Part shown: positions 18,063-28,853 of the stretch, in pieces
Layout of the letters: each line of letters begins with the position of its first letter
How positions within the stretch are numbered: the stretch's first letter is position 1
From: Synergistaceae bacterium
GTDB taxonomy: Bacteria; Synergistota; Synergistia; Synergistales; Synergistaceae
Reading direction: 5' to 3'
DNA length: 64,000 nucleotides
Assembly (NCBI GenBank): GCA_036835165.1
Contig: DAITML010000002.1
Coordinates: forward strand, 2,559-66,558
Made by a program: the position numbers and the translations under genes
Notes under the pieces: model-generated
Told to the model about the DNA's origin: nothing
What the model saw: the letters and a program-made list of their open reading frames with translations, nothing else
The model's database searches: none

Positions 18063-18895
18063 TGACTAAAGTCACTCTCCCTGGAAAACTCAGCAAAATA
18101 ATATTTGCCGCCTTTCTGTTGCCGGCTATTTTTTTCTGTACGACGGAAGCAGGAGCGGCCAATTTTGCCGTTACATCTCCATGGGTGGGTTTTATTGCCT
18201 CCTTCATAGCAGGCGACACACAAAATGTCAGATATCTTTCGAGCTGGGACTCTTCCGGAAATGTGATAAAAATAGCGTCACCCAGAGCCGGAGAAATAAT
18301 AATCGCAATAGATTTTAAAGATGCAGAAAGTTTCAGGATAAGAAGAAACAATAAAAACCTCAGGCTTCTTTACGAAGATCTTCTCATGACCAAAGAGCAG
18401 CTCAGAAGTGCATTTTTCGATCCGGCTATGCTACCCTTTATTGCCCAAAGCGTAATGAAGATCATGGCGGAAGAGGATAAGGGAAGGTATACATATTTTC
18501 AGAGAAGGCTTGCCGAGTACCAGTCAAAAATAGAAAGTTCCATAGATATAGGAAAACACCTGCTGGGAAACACCAAAATGCTTGACGTGACAGGTGCCGA
18601 AGGGACATGGATCCGCTCCTCGATAGCAGGTGCCGTAAGACCGCCGGCAGCGGTCTGGGATAAATGGAAGGCAGGTGACAGCCGGTCTCTCAAGGCTGCG
18701 CTTGATGAGGCACAAAGACGCAATTGGCTGATATTGATGGATCCGTGGACTCCTGAGATGATCAGAACGGCAGCGGCAGGATATGAATACAGGCTGACGT
18801 TGCCTCCCCCAAAAAAAGACCAGGACTATTTCGTTTTTCTCCACGACATATTCCTTGCAATATGGAACAAAACCAAAAACGTCAAGACCAAATGA
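18062..18895 (+). CDS. exported protein, degenerate ZnuA/TroA (cluster A-I SBP)-like
   Basis: Signal peptide ending AGA; AVTSPWVGFIASFIAGD and FFDP...IAQSV...AEEDKGRYTYFQRRLAEY patterns resemble the SBP scaffold; fold call is by eye. Confidence 0.6.
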   Translation: MTKVTLPGKLSKIIFAAFLLPAIFFCTTEAGAANFAVTSPWVGFIASFIAGDTQNVRYLSSWDSSGNVIKIASPRAGEIIIAIDFKDAESFRIRRNNKNLRLLYEDLLMTKEQLRSAFFDPAMLPFIAQSVMKIMAEEDKGRYTYFQRRLAEYQSKIESSIDIGKHLLGNTKMLDVTGAEGTWIRSSIAGAVRPPAAVWDKWKAGDSRSLKAALDEAQRRNWLILMDPWTPEMIRTAAAGYEYRLTLPPPKKDQDYFVFLHDIFLAIWNKTKNVKTK

Positions 18896-18969
18896 TGATT
18901 TAGGCTGTAAAATATGCCTGTATGCCAAACAAAATTACTTTTATTTTTTTCGGGGAATGAGGTTTGTTT

Positions 18970-19842
18970 ATGTCAGTCATGAAAAAAAATATCCTTAAAC
19001 TGATCCCTGCTGCGTTTCTGATCCTCTTATCGTCCACACAGCCAGCCATACCGGCTGAACCTGTTGAGGGTATGATGTCAGCTGACACTATCCAGTACAA
19101 CGTAAACACCAAAAAGATATCGGCTGTAGGGAACGTAATAATCAAAAGGGACGGAGCGACCCTTTGGGGTGACAGGGGAGAGGGCAGTATGGAGAATTCA
19201 GAGTTCACTCTCGTGGGAAACGTCAAGGGATCTTTTCCGGCTGAAAAGACAGATTTTACATCAGAGAGTGTCAACTGGAAGGGAATAAAAAGTGGCGGCA
19301 GCAACGGAACAGCGGAGGCTGCAGGCAAGGTCCGCCTTATACGGGGCGGAAATGAAAAGATAGATGCGGACTATGTCCTGTGGGAACTTGGAACCCAAAA
19401 TTACACTGCCAGAGGAAATGTAGATGCAATGAACGAGAATAATATCTTTATTGCTGAAGAGGCAGGCAGGGCCAATGACAGATTCTGGGCAAAAAAAGTG
19501 AAAAGGTACGAGGATATCAAGCAGAAGCTTGTGGTAAGCGCCGAAACTGTTGAGGGCAAAACAACGATAAACGGAGAGATTAACGAACTGTCCGCAAAAG
19601 GTAACGTGGTCATGGAATTTATTGACAAGGAAGGACTCAAAAGCAGGGTAACAGGCGAAAAAGGAGATTATTCAAAACCAAAGGCCATTTTTGTCATATC
19701 CGGCAGCGCCAAAGCGGTAAGAAGCGACGGAAAAACTGTTGCTGCAGACTCAATAATCTTGCATAAAGACACCAACGATATAGAAGCGGTCGGCAATTCG
19801 AAAATTACTTTCCAGACCAATGGGAAAAAAGATAAAAATTAA
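18970..19842 (+). CDS. lptA: LptA/OstA family periplasmic beta-jellyroll protein
   Basis: Signal peptide; repeated (S/D/A)AD.I.Y......A.GNV units; directly upstream of lptB. Confidence 0.8.
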   Translation: MSVMKKNILKLIPAAFLILLSSTQPAIPAEPVEGMMSADTIQYNVNTKKISAVGNVIIKRDGATLWGDRGEGSMENSEFTLVGNVKGSFPAEKTDFTSESVNWKGIKSGGSNGTAEAAGKVRLIRGGNEKIDADYVLWELGTQNYTARGNVDAMNENNIFIAEEAGRANDRFWAKKVKRYEDIKQKLVVSAETVEGKTTINGEINELSAKGNVVMEFIDKEGLKSRVTGEKGDYSKPKAIFVISGSAKAVRSDGKTVAADSIILHKDTNDIEAVGNSKITFQTNGKKDKN

Positions 19843-19869
19843 GAGAAGCCAAAAAGCGGGGAATGAGCA

Positions 19870-20616
19870 ATGGCGACAGCCGAAAGATCAAAATTCGAGG
19901 TGCTCAGTGCTGAGCACCTCGTTAAATCCTTTAACGGAAGAAGAGTAGTAGACAACGTATCCATCAACATAAAAAAAGGTGAAATAGTCGGGCTGCTCGG
20001 ACCCAACGGAGCCGGCAAAAGCACCACGTTTTACATGATGATAGGAAGGATACTCCCAGAATCCGGAAGGGTCTTTAACGGAGAAAGAGACATAACGGGA
20101 CTCCCGATGTACGAGAGAGCCAGGACCGGACTTGGCTATCTCCCACAGGAGGCATCTGTTTTCAGGAAGCTCACTGTCAGGCAGAACCTCGAACTGGTCC
20201 TCGAAGAAGCCGGGATGGCCAAGGAAGACCGGGACCTTAAAATCGAAAAGCTTCTTGTCGGCTACGGGCTCAAGCATATAGAGGACATTTTGGGGATATC
20301 CCTTTCAGGAGGAGAGAGACGCAGAGTCGAGATCGCAAGATGCCTTGCCCTGGATCCCTCCTTCATACTTCTTGACGAGCCGTTCAGCGGGATTGACCCT
20401 ATTGCGGTCGCAGATCTTCAGGCGATAATCAGAGAACTGAAAAATAATGGTTACGGGATACTGCTTACTGACCATAATGTAAGGGAGACCCTATCCATTA
20501 CAGACAGGGCATACCTTATCCATCAGGGCAAGGTCTTTCTTGAGGGGCTGCCCGGGGATATCGCCAAGAACGAGGAGGCGAGAAAGTTCTACCTCGGAGC
20601 GGATTTTTCCTGGTAG
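19870..20616 (+). CDS. lptB: LPS export ABC transporter ATPase
   Basis: GPNGAGKSTTFYM, GYLPQEASVFRKL, LSGGERRRVEIAR, LLTDHNVRETL. Confidence 0.95.
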   Translation: MATAERSKFEVLSAEHLVKSFNGRRVVDNVSINIKKGEIVGLLGPNGAGKSTTFYMMIGRILPESGRVFNGERDITGLPMYERARTGLGYLPQEASVFRKLTVRQNLELVLEEAGMAKEDRDLKIEKLLVGYGLKHIEDILGISLSGGERRRVEIARCLALDPSFILLDEPFSGIDPIAVADLQAIIRELKNNGYGILLTDHNVRETLSITDRAYLIHQGKVFLEGLPGDIAKNEEARKFYLGADFSW

Positions 20617-20632
20617 AGGGCGATCTGAACTG

Positions 20633-22192
20633 ATGAGCCGCAACGACAACCTCACGGGCATGGTAAGACATGCGATGAAAATGATGGTCGGCACCCTTGC
20701 AAGCAGGATACTTGGGCTTGTAAGAGAAATGCTTACCGCGGCACTTTTCGGAGCAACACGTCAGCTTGACGCGTTCTATGTGGCATATACACTTGCAAAT
20801 CTTTCACGCCAGCTTCTCGCAGAGGGAGCACTTTCTGCATCGTTCGTCCCGATATTTTCAAGGACGCTTGAAAGCAAAGGGAAAGATTCGGCAGAGGACC
20901 TTGCAAGGCAGGCTCTCTCTGTACTTATGCTGGGCGGCGCCTTTGTTGTAACAGTCGGGATAATTTTTGCTCCGGTGCTTGTTGGAATAATGGCTCCCGG
21001 ATTTGCAGCGGAAGAAAAGGCTCTTGCGATATCCCTGACCAGGATAATGTTTCCGTTTCTTCTTTTTGTCTCCGTGGGTGCTCTTGCAATGGGAGCTCTC
21101 AACAGTATGGGTTCATTTTTTGTGCCGGCTGTGGCTCCGGCACTAAGCAATCTGGCATACATACTCTTTCTGGTCGCAACGATGAAGGATCTTACAATAT
21201 GGAACCTCTCGGCAGCAGTTTTGATCGGAGGTGCCTGTCACATGGCCCTTCAATGGTACTGGTGCGGGAGGATGGGCTTATTGCTTGCACCTGTCCTGCC
21301 GAAAAAAGACAATGCGGAACTGAAGAGCATGATGTACCTCTTCTTCCCGTACGCGGCAGGACTATCGCTGAATCAGGTCAACCCGGTGATCAGCAGGATG
21401 TTCGGCTCGTTCCTGATGGGAGGCTCGATCTCGGTCCTTACATACGCTGACAGGGTGCTGCAGCTGCCGCTGGGACTTTTTGTCATAGCAATATCGCAGG
21501 CTGTGCTTCCGATGCTTTCCCGGCAGGATCCTGGAGACAGGATCGGATTCAGGGATTTTATCAGGGATGCACTGAGATTTGACCTCTTTGTCATAATTCC
21601 GGTATCTGTCGGACTCTTTGTATTATCGCAGGAGACAGTCCACATACTTTTTTTCAGGGGGGCTTTTACCGAGTGGGCCTGGCATGCCACAGGAACGGCA
21701 CTTGCAATATATGGGCTGGGTCTGCCGGGGATGGCGAGCAGCACAGTTATTCTGAGGGCAATGTATGCGAGGGGGATGCCGAGGGGTGCAGTCGGTGTTA
21801 CGTGTGTTACCGTGGCAGTCAACCTTGCAGCCTGTACCATTCTTATGCCTGTCTTTAAATACGCAGGCCTTGCAGGAGCTACGGCGCTTGCATTCACCTG
21901 CTCGAGTCTTTACGGCGGCTGGGCCCTTTCCAGAAACCTCAGGGAACCGCTGAATGTATTCTCATCCGGGTGGATCACCAAGATCATTTTCTCCACCGGG
22001 ATGATGTTTCTTGCTCTGTATCTGATAAAAACTCTGCTGCCATATCCTCTTTCGGCATCTGTGTGGTCCAGGGCCGTCTGGCTGGGGGCAATGATCTTTG
22101 TCGGCGTTGCAGTATATTCCCTTTCTACTATTGTCCTGCGCTGTTATGAGTGGAGATGGATAAAAGATGCACTTAAAGGAAAAAATAATTGA
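20633..22192 (+). CDS. murJ: lipid II flippase MurJ (MviN)
   Basis: SRILGLVRE, LAEGALSASFVP, YADRVLQLPLG, many TM helices; start moved to ATG 20633. Confidence 0.94.
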   Translation: MSRNDNLTGMVRHAMKMMVGTLASRILGLVREMLTAALFGATRQLDAFYVAYTLANLSRQLLAEGALSASFVPIFSRTLESKGKDSAEDLARQALSVLMLGGAFVVTVGIIFAPVLVGIMAPGFAAEEKALAISLTRIMFPFLLFVSVGALAMGALNSMGSFFVPAVAPALSNLAYILFLVATMKDLTIWNLSAAVLIGGACHMALQWYWCGRMGLLLAPVLPKKDNAELKSMMYLFFPYAAGLSLNQVNPVISRMFGSFLMGGSISVLTYADRVLQLPLGLFVIAISQAVLPMLSRQDPGDRIGFRDFIRDALRFDLFVIIPVSVGLFVLSQETVHILFFRGAFTEWAWHATGTALAIYGLGLPGMASSTVILRAMYARGMPRGAVGVTCVTVAVNLAACTILMPVFKYAGLAGATALAFTCSSLYGGWALSRNLREPLNVFSSGWITKIIFSTGMMFLALYLIKTLLPYPLSASVWSRAVWLGAMIFVGVAVYSLSTIVLRCYEWRWIKDALKGKNN

Positions 22193-22270
22193 CGATCGAT
22201 GTTATCATTACAACAGTTAATGTATGGAGAACGCTTTTTTGTATCCGTTAATTCTCAGGGGGGCGTAATA

Positions 22271-22819
22271 TTGAAAAGAAAATCTTTATTCTTTGTGATC
22301 CGGTTGCTGACTTTATGCATAATCCTTTCTCCGTTGTCTTTTCGGGCATATGCTGCTCAAGATGATCTGAAAACTTTGCTGGACCAAAGGCAGATAGACT
22401 GCTGGGTCGAGGGGGAAGTCTTCGGCGACCTTATCCTTGGTTCAAGAGGAACGGTCCAGTTTATTTATCTCGACGCGAAATTGTCCCGGGCTATATCTTC
22501 AGAACAGGGACTGGCGGGGTGGGTGGATGACCTCAACCAGTACTTCGGCTCTCCGGAAACTAAAAAGAAGGTGCTCTTCATAGCCAATCTTGAGGCGAAC
22601 AAACCTTGGACGGTCGAAGAGGAGAAGATAAGCGTAGGCGGCTACCGGCTGACAAAAAAAGACATCATTTCTTCCAGCTGGAAGAATCCTTTCGGTACTG
22701 TGGATGCAGGAACAGCATGGCAGTTTGCTTTTGTCGTTCCGCAGGAATATGCAAAACCGGGAAATGAAATAATGGTGGGGTATGGCGAAGACCTTATAAA
22801 ATGGAAGGTGCCTAAGTAA
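22271..22819 (+). CDS. hypothetical exported protein
   Basis: Signal peptide ending AYA; G-rich RBS before TTG 22271; no recognisable domain. Confidence 0.75.
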   Translation: MKRKSLFFVIRLLTLCIILSPLSFRAYAAQDDLKTLLDQRQIDCWVEGEVFGDLILGSRGTVQFIYLDAKLSRAISSEQGLAGWVDDLNQYFGSPETKKKVLFIANLEANKPWTVEEEKISVGGYRLTKKDIISSSWKNPFGTVDAGTAWQFAFVVPQEYAKPGNEIMVGYGEDLIKWKVPK

Positions 22820-22996
22820 ATGCACAAGTACAGGTGCGCTTCTTGCGGCAATATTTTTAAGTCGGAGAAAATTGCCGAAAAATGCCCCAAGTGCAGGTCA
22901 AGGGTGCTCATACACATTGAGGGAGAACCCCGCAAGAAGCGCTCATGCAGCTGTGCAGGAGGCTCCTGTTCTTCATGCTCAGGCCAATGCGGATGA
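22820..22996 (+). CDS. small Cys-rich zinc-ribbon protein (58 aa; FmdB/RpoP-like)
   Basis: Manually translated: MHKYRCASCGNIFKSEKIAEKCPKCRSRVLIHIEGEPRKKRSCSCAGGSCSSCSGQCG; starts immediately after the upstream stop; ATGA overlap with tsaD. Confidence 0.85.
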   Translation: MHKYRCASCGNIFKSEKIAEKCPKCRSRVLIHIEGEPRKKRSCSCAGGSCSSCSGQCG

Positions 22997-24024
22997 TGAA
23001 GATGCAGGAAGATATCCTGACACTTGGGATAGAAACGAGCTGTGACGATACCGCGCTTGCCCTGGTGAGGGGCAGAAATGATGTTTTGTTCTCGGTTATT
23101 TCCAGCCAGATCAAATCCCATTCTGTTTACGGCGGAGTAGTGCCGGAACTGGCATCAAGGATGCACCAGGAAATGATCATGCCTCTTCTTGAAAAGGTAC
23201 TTCATGTATCGGGAATAAAAGATCCTTCGGAAGAGATCGGCCTGATAGCAGTTACAGCCGGGCCGGGACTCATGGGTTCACTGCTTGTCGGCGTTATGAC
23301 CGCCAAGGCTCTTTCTCAGGCATGGGGCATACCCATAATCGGGGTAAACCATCTTGAAGGGCATATATTTGCAAATGTTGCCGCAAACAGGGAACTTGTC
23401 CCGCCCTTCATATCCGCTATAGTTTCAGGCGGACACACTGAGATCGTCTGTGTAAGGAATTTCGGAGAGTATGAACTTCTCGGCTCCACAAGGGATGATG
23501 CGGCAGGAGAGGCTTATGACAAGATCGCCAAAATGATGGGGCTGGGATATCCCGGAGGCCCTGTAATTGACAGGCTTTCATACGGCGGGGATCCTGAAAG
23601 CTATCCTCTTCCGACACCACTCTCAACCACAGGTAAAGTAGAATTCAGCTTCAGCGGGCTGAAGACCGCAGCGGTCAACATTATCAGAAACTCAGAGAAG
23701 ACGGTAACCTCGATAAAAAAAGAGGATATATGCGCATCTTTCCAAAAGGCAGTGATCAATTCCTTAACATGCAAGATAAAACTTGCTGCAGATATGACCG
23801 GAATAAAAAGGCTGACCCTTTCAGGAGGCGTCGCTGCAAATTCAGGCCTTCGCAGAAAGCTGGAGGAGATGTCGGAGCAGGAAGGATGGGAACTTTTCCT
23901 TCCCCCCCTGAAAATGTGCACAGACAATGCTGTTATGATCGCCTCGGCAGGCGCAGATTCATATACGAGAGGAAACAGGTCGGACCTTTCGCTCTCTCCC
24001 GATCCTTCTTGGCAGATCTGGTAA
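22993..24024 (+). CDS. tsaD: tRNA N6-threonylcarbamoyladenosine transferase TsaD
   Basis: GIETSCDDT, GGVVPELASRMH, NHLEGH, VSGGHT, GGVAAN, CTDNAVMIA. Confidence 0.96.
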   Translation: MMKMQEDILTLGIETSCDDTALALVRGRNDVLFSVISSQIKSHSVYGGVVPELASRMHQEMIMPLLEKVLHVSGIKDPSEEIGLIAVTAGPGLMGSLLVGVMTAKALSQAWGIPIIGVNHLEGHIFANVAANRELVPPFISAIVSGGHTEIVCVRNFGEYELLGSTRDDAAGEAYDKIAKMMGLGYPGGPVIDRLSYGGDPESYPLPTPLSTTGKVEFSFSGLKTAAVNIIRNSEKTVTSIKKEDICASFQKAVINSLTCKIKLAADMTGIKRLTLSGGVAANSGLRRKLEEMSEQEGWELFLPPLKMCTDNAVMIASAGADSYTRGNRSDLSLSPDPSWQIW

Positions 24025-24267
24025 AGGGCCGGGCCGCTCATTAGGAATTTTTCCGGCAACGCTTACCCGATCAGCTTTCCTTGATCCGAATATTTCCCCG
24101 TGTGGTTTGATCAAAATCAGGCATATCCGGATTCAGTGACCGGACAAAAAAATACTGTGCAAACTACGTAAGATTAGCAAAAGTCAAAGTATGTTCGAAA
24201 TGGTGCGTAATTCGAATTAAATGTAATGTAACAGCCAATAATAGAGTATATTTAACTCTAATCATAT

Positions 24268-24296
24268 TTGAGAAATAATGCTTCTCTCATTAAACT
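24268..24296 (+). promoter_or_regulatory. sigma70 promoter of groESL
   Basis: TTGAGA, 17 nt spacer, TAAACT, just upstream of CIRCE. Confidence 0.6.
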
Positions 24297-24312
24297 TTCA
24301 CTCGAAAAGAAG

Positions 24313-24339
24313 TTAGCACTCGATTGATGTGAGTGCTAA
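24313..24339. promoter_or_regulatory. CIRCE element (HrcA operator)
   Basis: Perfect TTAGCACTC-N9-GAGTGCTAA upstream of groES. Confidence 0.97.
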
Positions 24340-24374
24340 CATCAAATTACAAAAATTAACAGGAGGGGTAATTT

Positions 24375-24665
24375 ATGAAACTTAAACCACTTGGAGACAG
24401 GATAGTCGTCAAAGCCGCACCTCATGAAGAAAAAACAAAGGGCGGGCTCGTTCTTCCCGAGACAGTGAAGGAAAAGCCGGTCGAAGGGATCGTAGTAGCC
24501 GTAGGAGAGGGGAAAGTCCTCGAGAACGGAAATCGGCAGCCCATGGATGTCAAGGTCGACGACAGGATCATATACAGCAAATACTCAGGCACAGAAATTA
24601 AGCTTGATGGAGAGGAATTCCTCATCCTCAGCGAAAGAGACGTACTCGCAGTAGTAACGAAGTAA
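24375..24665 (+). CDS. groES: co-chaperonin GroES
   Basis: [29 protein letters not shown]. Confidence 0.98.
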   Translation: MKLKPLGDRIVVKAAPHEEKTKGGLVLPETVKEKPVEGIVVAVGEGKVLENGNRQPMDVKVDDRIIYSKYSGTEIKLDGEEFLILSERDVLAVVTK

Positions 24666-24677
24666 TATTGACAATAA

Positions 24678-26348
<1,671 letters not shown>

Positions 26349-26368
26349 TACCGCAAAGAGACCGGAAA

Positions 26369-26405
26369 AAAAAAAACAGACGGGGATACCCCGTCTGTTT
26401 TTTTT
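26369..26405. terminator. bidirectional intrinsic terminator after groEL
   Basis: A-run, CAGACGGGG-ATA-CCCCGTCTG, T8. Confidence 0.92.
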
Positions 26406-26509
26406 GTTCGGCTATGAAACTGAAGAGCGGAAAGTGTGGAAATCGCGGCCTCTTTATGTCATACTTACTAGCGCGAAAGAGTATGTTTGTGAAAGGGCAG
26501 GTATTATAG

Positions 26510-28054
26510 ATGAAAAAGAAAGAAAACAGGATCCTCATACTGGACTGCGGTTCCCAGTACACACAGCTTATCGCAAGGAGAGTAAGGGAGCTGGGCGTTT
26601 TTAGCGAGATACTCTTCTGGGATTCTCCGAAGGATAAGATCGAAGCATCTTCCCCGTCAGGAATAATAATTTCAGGTGGTCCGAGAAGTGTTCTTGACAG
26701 CGATGCCCCTTCGGTGCCAATGGACATTCTTGACTCGGACATCCCGGTCCTGGGGATATGCTACGGCATGCAGCTGATAGCACACCAATTCGGAGGGAGA
26801 GTCAACAAGGGAGAGTCCGCTGAGTACGGCAGGGCTAAGGTGTCCATTTCCGGGGACTCACGCCTGTTTGGGAGACTGAAGGAAGAAAAACAGATCAGTG
26901 TATGGATGAGCCACTGGGATCAGGTCACAGAACTTCCTCATGGGTTTGATGCGACAGCACTTAGCGAAAACGGTTCATTGGCCGCATTTGAGTCTTCAGA
27001 CGGAAGGGTAAGCGCACTGCAGTTTCACCCAGAAGTTGCACACACACCAAAGGGAAGCGATATCCTCTCGGCGTTTATATTTGATATATGCGGATGTATT
27101 CCGGACTGGAATCTTGGCATGGACTGGATAGGCAGGGAAGTGGACAAGATCCGTGAAAAAGTCGGATCCGGCAGGGTCATATGCGGTCTTTCAGGCGGTG
27201 TGGACTCCACGGTATCGGCAGTTATCACATCAAAAGCGGTCGGAGATAATCTTCACTGCATCTTTGTTGACCATGGACTTCTCAGGAAAAACGAAGCCGA
27301 TCAGGTAATGGAGACATACAGATCCCTCAGGCTCAACGTCCACAAAGTAGATGCAGAAAAAAGGTTCCTGTCGGCACTGGACGGAGTGACAGAACCGGAG
27401 AAAAAGAGAAAAATTATTGGCGAACTCTTCATCAGGGTGTTTGAAGAGGAAGCCCGCAGGCTCGGAGGGTCGGACTGGCTCCTTCAGGGCACTATATACC
27501 CGGATGTCGTGGAGAGCGGACATGGCGGAGGAAATGTTATCAAGAGCCACCACAACGTAGGCGGGCTGCCTGACGATATGAAAATGCAGCTTCTTGAACC
27601 GCTCAGGGATCTTTTTAAGGATGAAGTAAGAGAAGTAGGAAGAACACTGGGAATAGAACCGCACTTCCTTGAGAGGCATCCGTTCCCCGGCCCCGGACTG
27701 GCAGTCAGATGTCTCGGAGAGCTTAAGAAAGAACGTCTTGATGTGTTGAGGGAAGCCGATGCCATCTTTATTGAGGAGATCAAGAAATTTGGCCTTTACC
27801 GGGAAATATGGCAGGCTTTTTGTGCTCTCCTTCCCGTGCGCAGCGTCGGAGTAGTAGGAGATGTCAGGACCTACGGAGAGACCGCGGTCCTGAGGGCGGT
27901 GTCATCGCTTGATGCAATGACGGCTGAATGGGTCCGCCTGCCCTACGAACTCCTTGATACTGTAAGCAGAAGAATATGCAACGAAGTCCCTGCGATAAAC
28001 AGGGTCGTCCTTGACATCACAGGAAAACCGCCGGCAACTATCGAGTGGGAATAG
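26510..28054 (+). CDS. guaA: GMP synthase (glutamine-hydrolysing)
   Basis: GSQYTQLIARR, GICYGMQ, QFHPEV, LSGGVDS, IKSHHNVGGLP, KPPATIEWE. Confidence 0.98.
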   Translation: MKKKENRILILDCGSQYTQLIARRVRELGVFSEILFWDSPKDKIEASSPSGIIISGGPRSVLDSDAPSVPMDILDSDIPVLGICYGMQLIAHQFGGRVNKGESAEYGRAKVSISGDSRLFGRLKEEKQISVWMSHWDQVTELPHGFDATALSENGSLAAFESSDGRVSALQFHPEVAHTPKGSDILSAFIFDICGCIPDWNLGMDWIGREVDKIREKVGSGRVICGLSGGVDSTVSAVITSKAVGDNLHCIFVDHGLLRKNEADQVMETYRSLRLNVHKVDAEKRFLSALDGVTEPEKKRKIIGELFIRVFEEEARRLGGSDWLLQGTIYPDVVESGHGGGNVIKSHHNVGGLPDDMKMQLLEPLRDLFKDEVREVGRTLGIEPHFLERHPFPGPGLAVRCLGELKKERLDVLREADAIFIEEIKKFGLYREIWQAFCALLPVRSVGVVGDVRTYGETAVLRAVSSLDAMTAEWVRLPYELLDTVSRRICNEVPAINRVVLDITGKPPATIEWE

Positions 28055-28074
28055 GCTGAGGCCGAAAACTTTAG

Positions 28075-28734
28075 ATGGAAGTCAGGCTTGATACCGAAAG
28101 AATAAAAAGGAAGGGCTTTTCCGAGGTCATCTTCTGTGAAGGTAAATCGGATATGCAGATCCTTCAGATCGCTGAAGAGATAAATAACCTAAGGCTGGAT
28201 ACCGCATTCAGCAGGATGGATGAGCGTCAGCGTGCCGCAGTGGCTTCAGTCATCAGAGATTTTAAGTACGACTCAGTATCAATGGTCGGGCATACGACAT
28301 TTGGCACTATAAAGAAGAACGGATCTGCAATTGCTGTCGTTTCAGCGGGGAGCACCGATGTTTCGGCCGCCGAAGAGGCCGCTCAGATAATAGAGTTTTT
28401 CGGTTCTGAAGCCAGAAGGTATTATGATGTGGGGGTTGCGGGCATACACCGTCTGTTCAGTGTTTTGCCCGAGATAAGAGAGGCTGACGTCGTGATAGTT
28501 GCCGCAGGGATGGACGGAGCACTTCCCAGCGTAGTTTCGGGGCTCGTATCCTCACTTGTTATAGGACTTCCGACATCAGTCGGATATGGAATAGCGGAAA
28601 ACGGGATGACCGCACTAAGGTCAATGCTCTGTTCATGCAGTCCCGGCCTGGTTGTAGTAAACATAGACAACGGCGTCGGTGCTGCACTTTCCGCACTTGC
28701 TTCAGTAAGGGCAAGATCTGCCGGCAATGGCTGA
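28075..28734 (+). CDS. larB: nickel-pincer cofactor biosynthesis protein LarB (AIR-carboxylase-like)
   Basis: R..RKGFSEVIFCEGKS, DVGVAGIHRL, AGMDGALPSVV, PTSVGYG, CSCSPG..VVNIDNG. Confidence 0.88.
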   Translation: MEVRLDTERIKRKGFSEVIFCEGKSDMQILQIAEEINNLRLDTAFSRMDERQRAAVASVIRDFKYDSVSMVGHTTFGTIKKNGSAIAVVSAGSTDVSAAEEAAQIIEFFGSEARRYYDVGVAGIHRLFSVLPEIREADVVIVAAGMDGALPSVVSGLVSSLVIGLPTSVGYGIAENGMTALRSMLCSCSPGLVVVNIDNGVGAALSALASVRARSAGNG

Positions 28735-28853
28735 TCCGGCCTCAATGATGAAATACAGTGTAATCCACTTTAGCCAGGGTACATTTTAGGAAGATACAAT
28801 CACAGCACAGCGTTTGTCATTTGATCATTGTTTCAAGATCGGAGGCAGTGACA

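Noticed and set aside
22991..22999. Possible selenocysteine read-through at the TGA ending the Cys-rich ORF
   Set aside because: A second in-frame TGA follows at once, I see no SECIS-like hairpin, and the ATGA overlap with tsaD explains the stop.
24175..24200. CtsR box or second CIRCE upstream of groES
   Set aside because: Only a single AGTCAAA and a lone TTAGCA; no repeat partner.
26406..26509. Purine riboswitch upstream of guaA
   Set aside because: The conserved aptamer core sequences are absent; only a weak CATACT/AGTATG stem is present.
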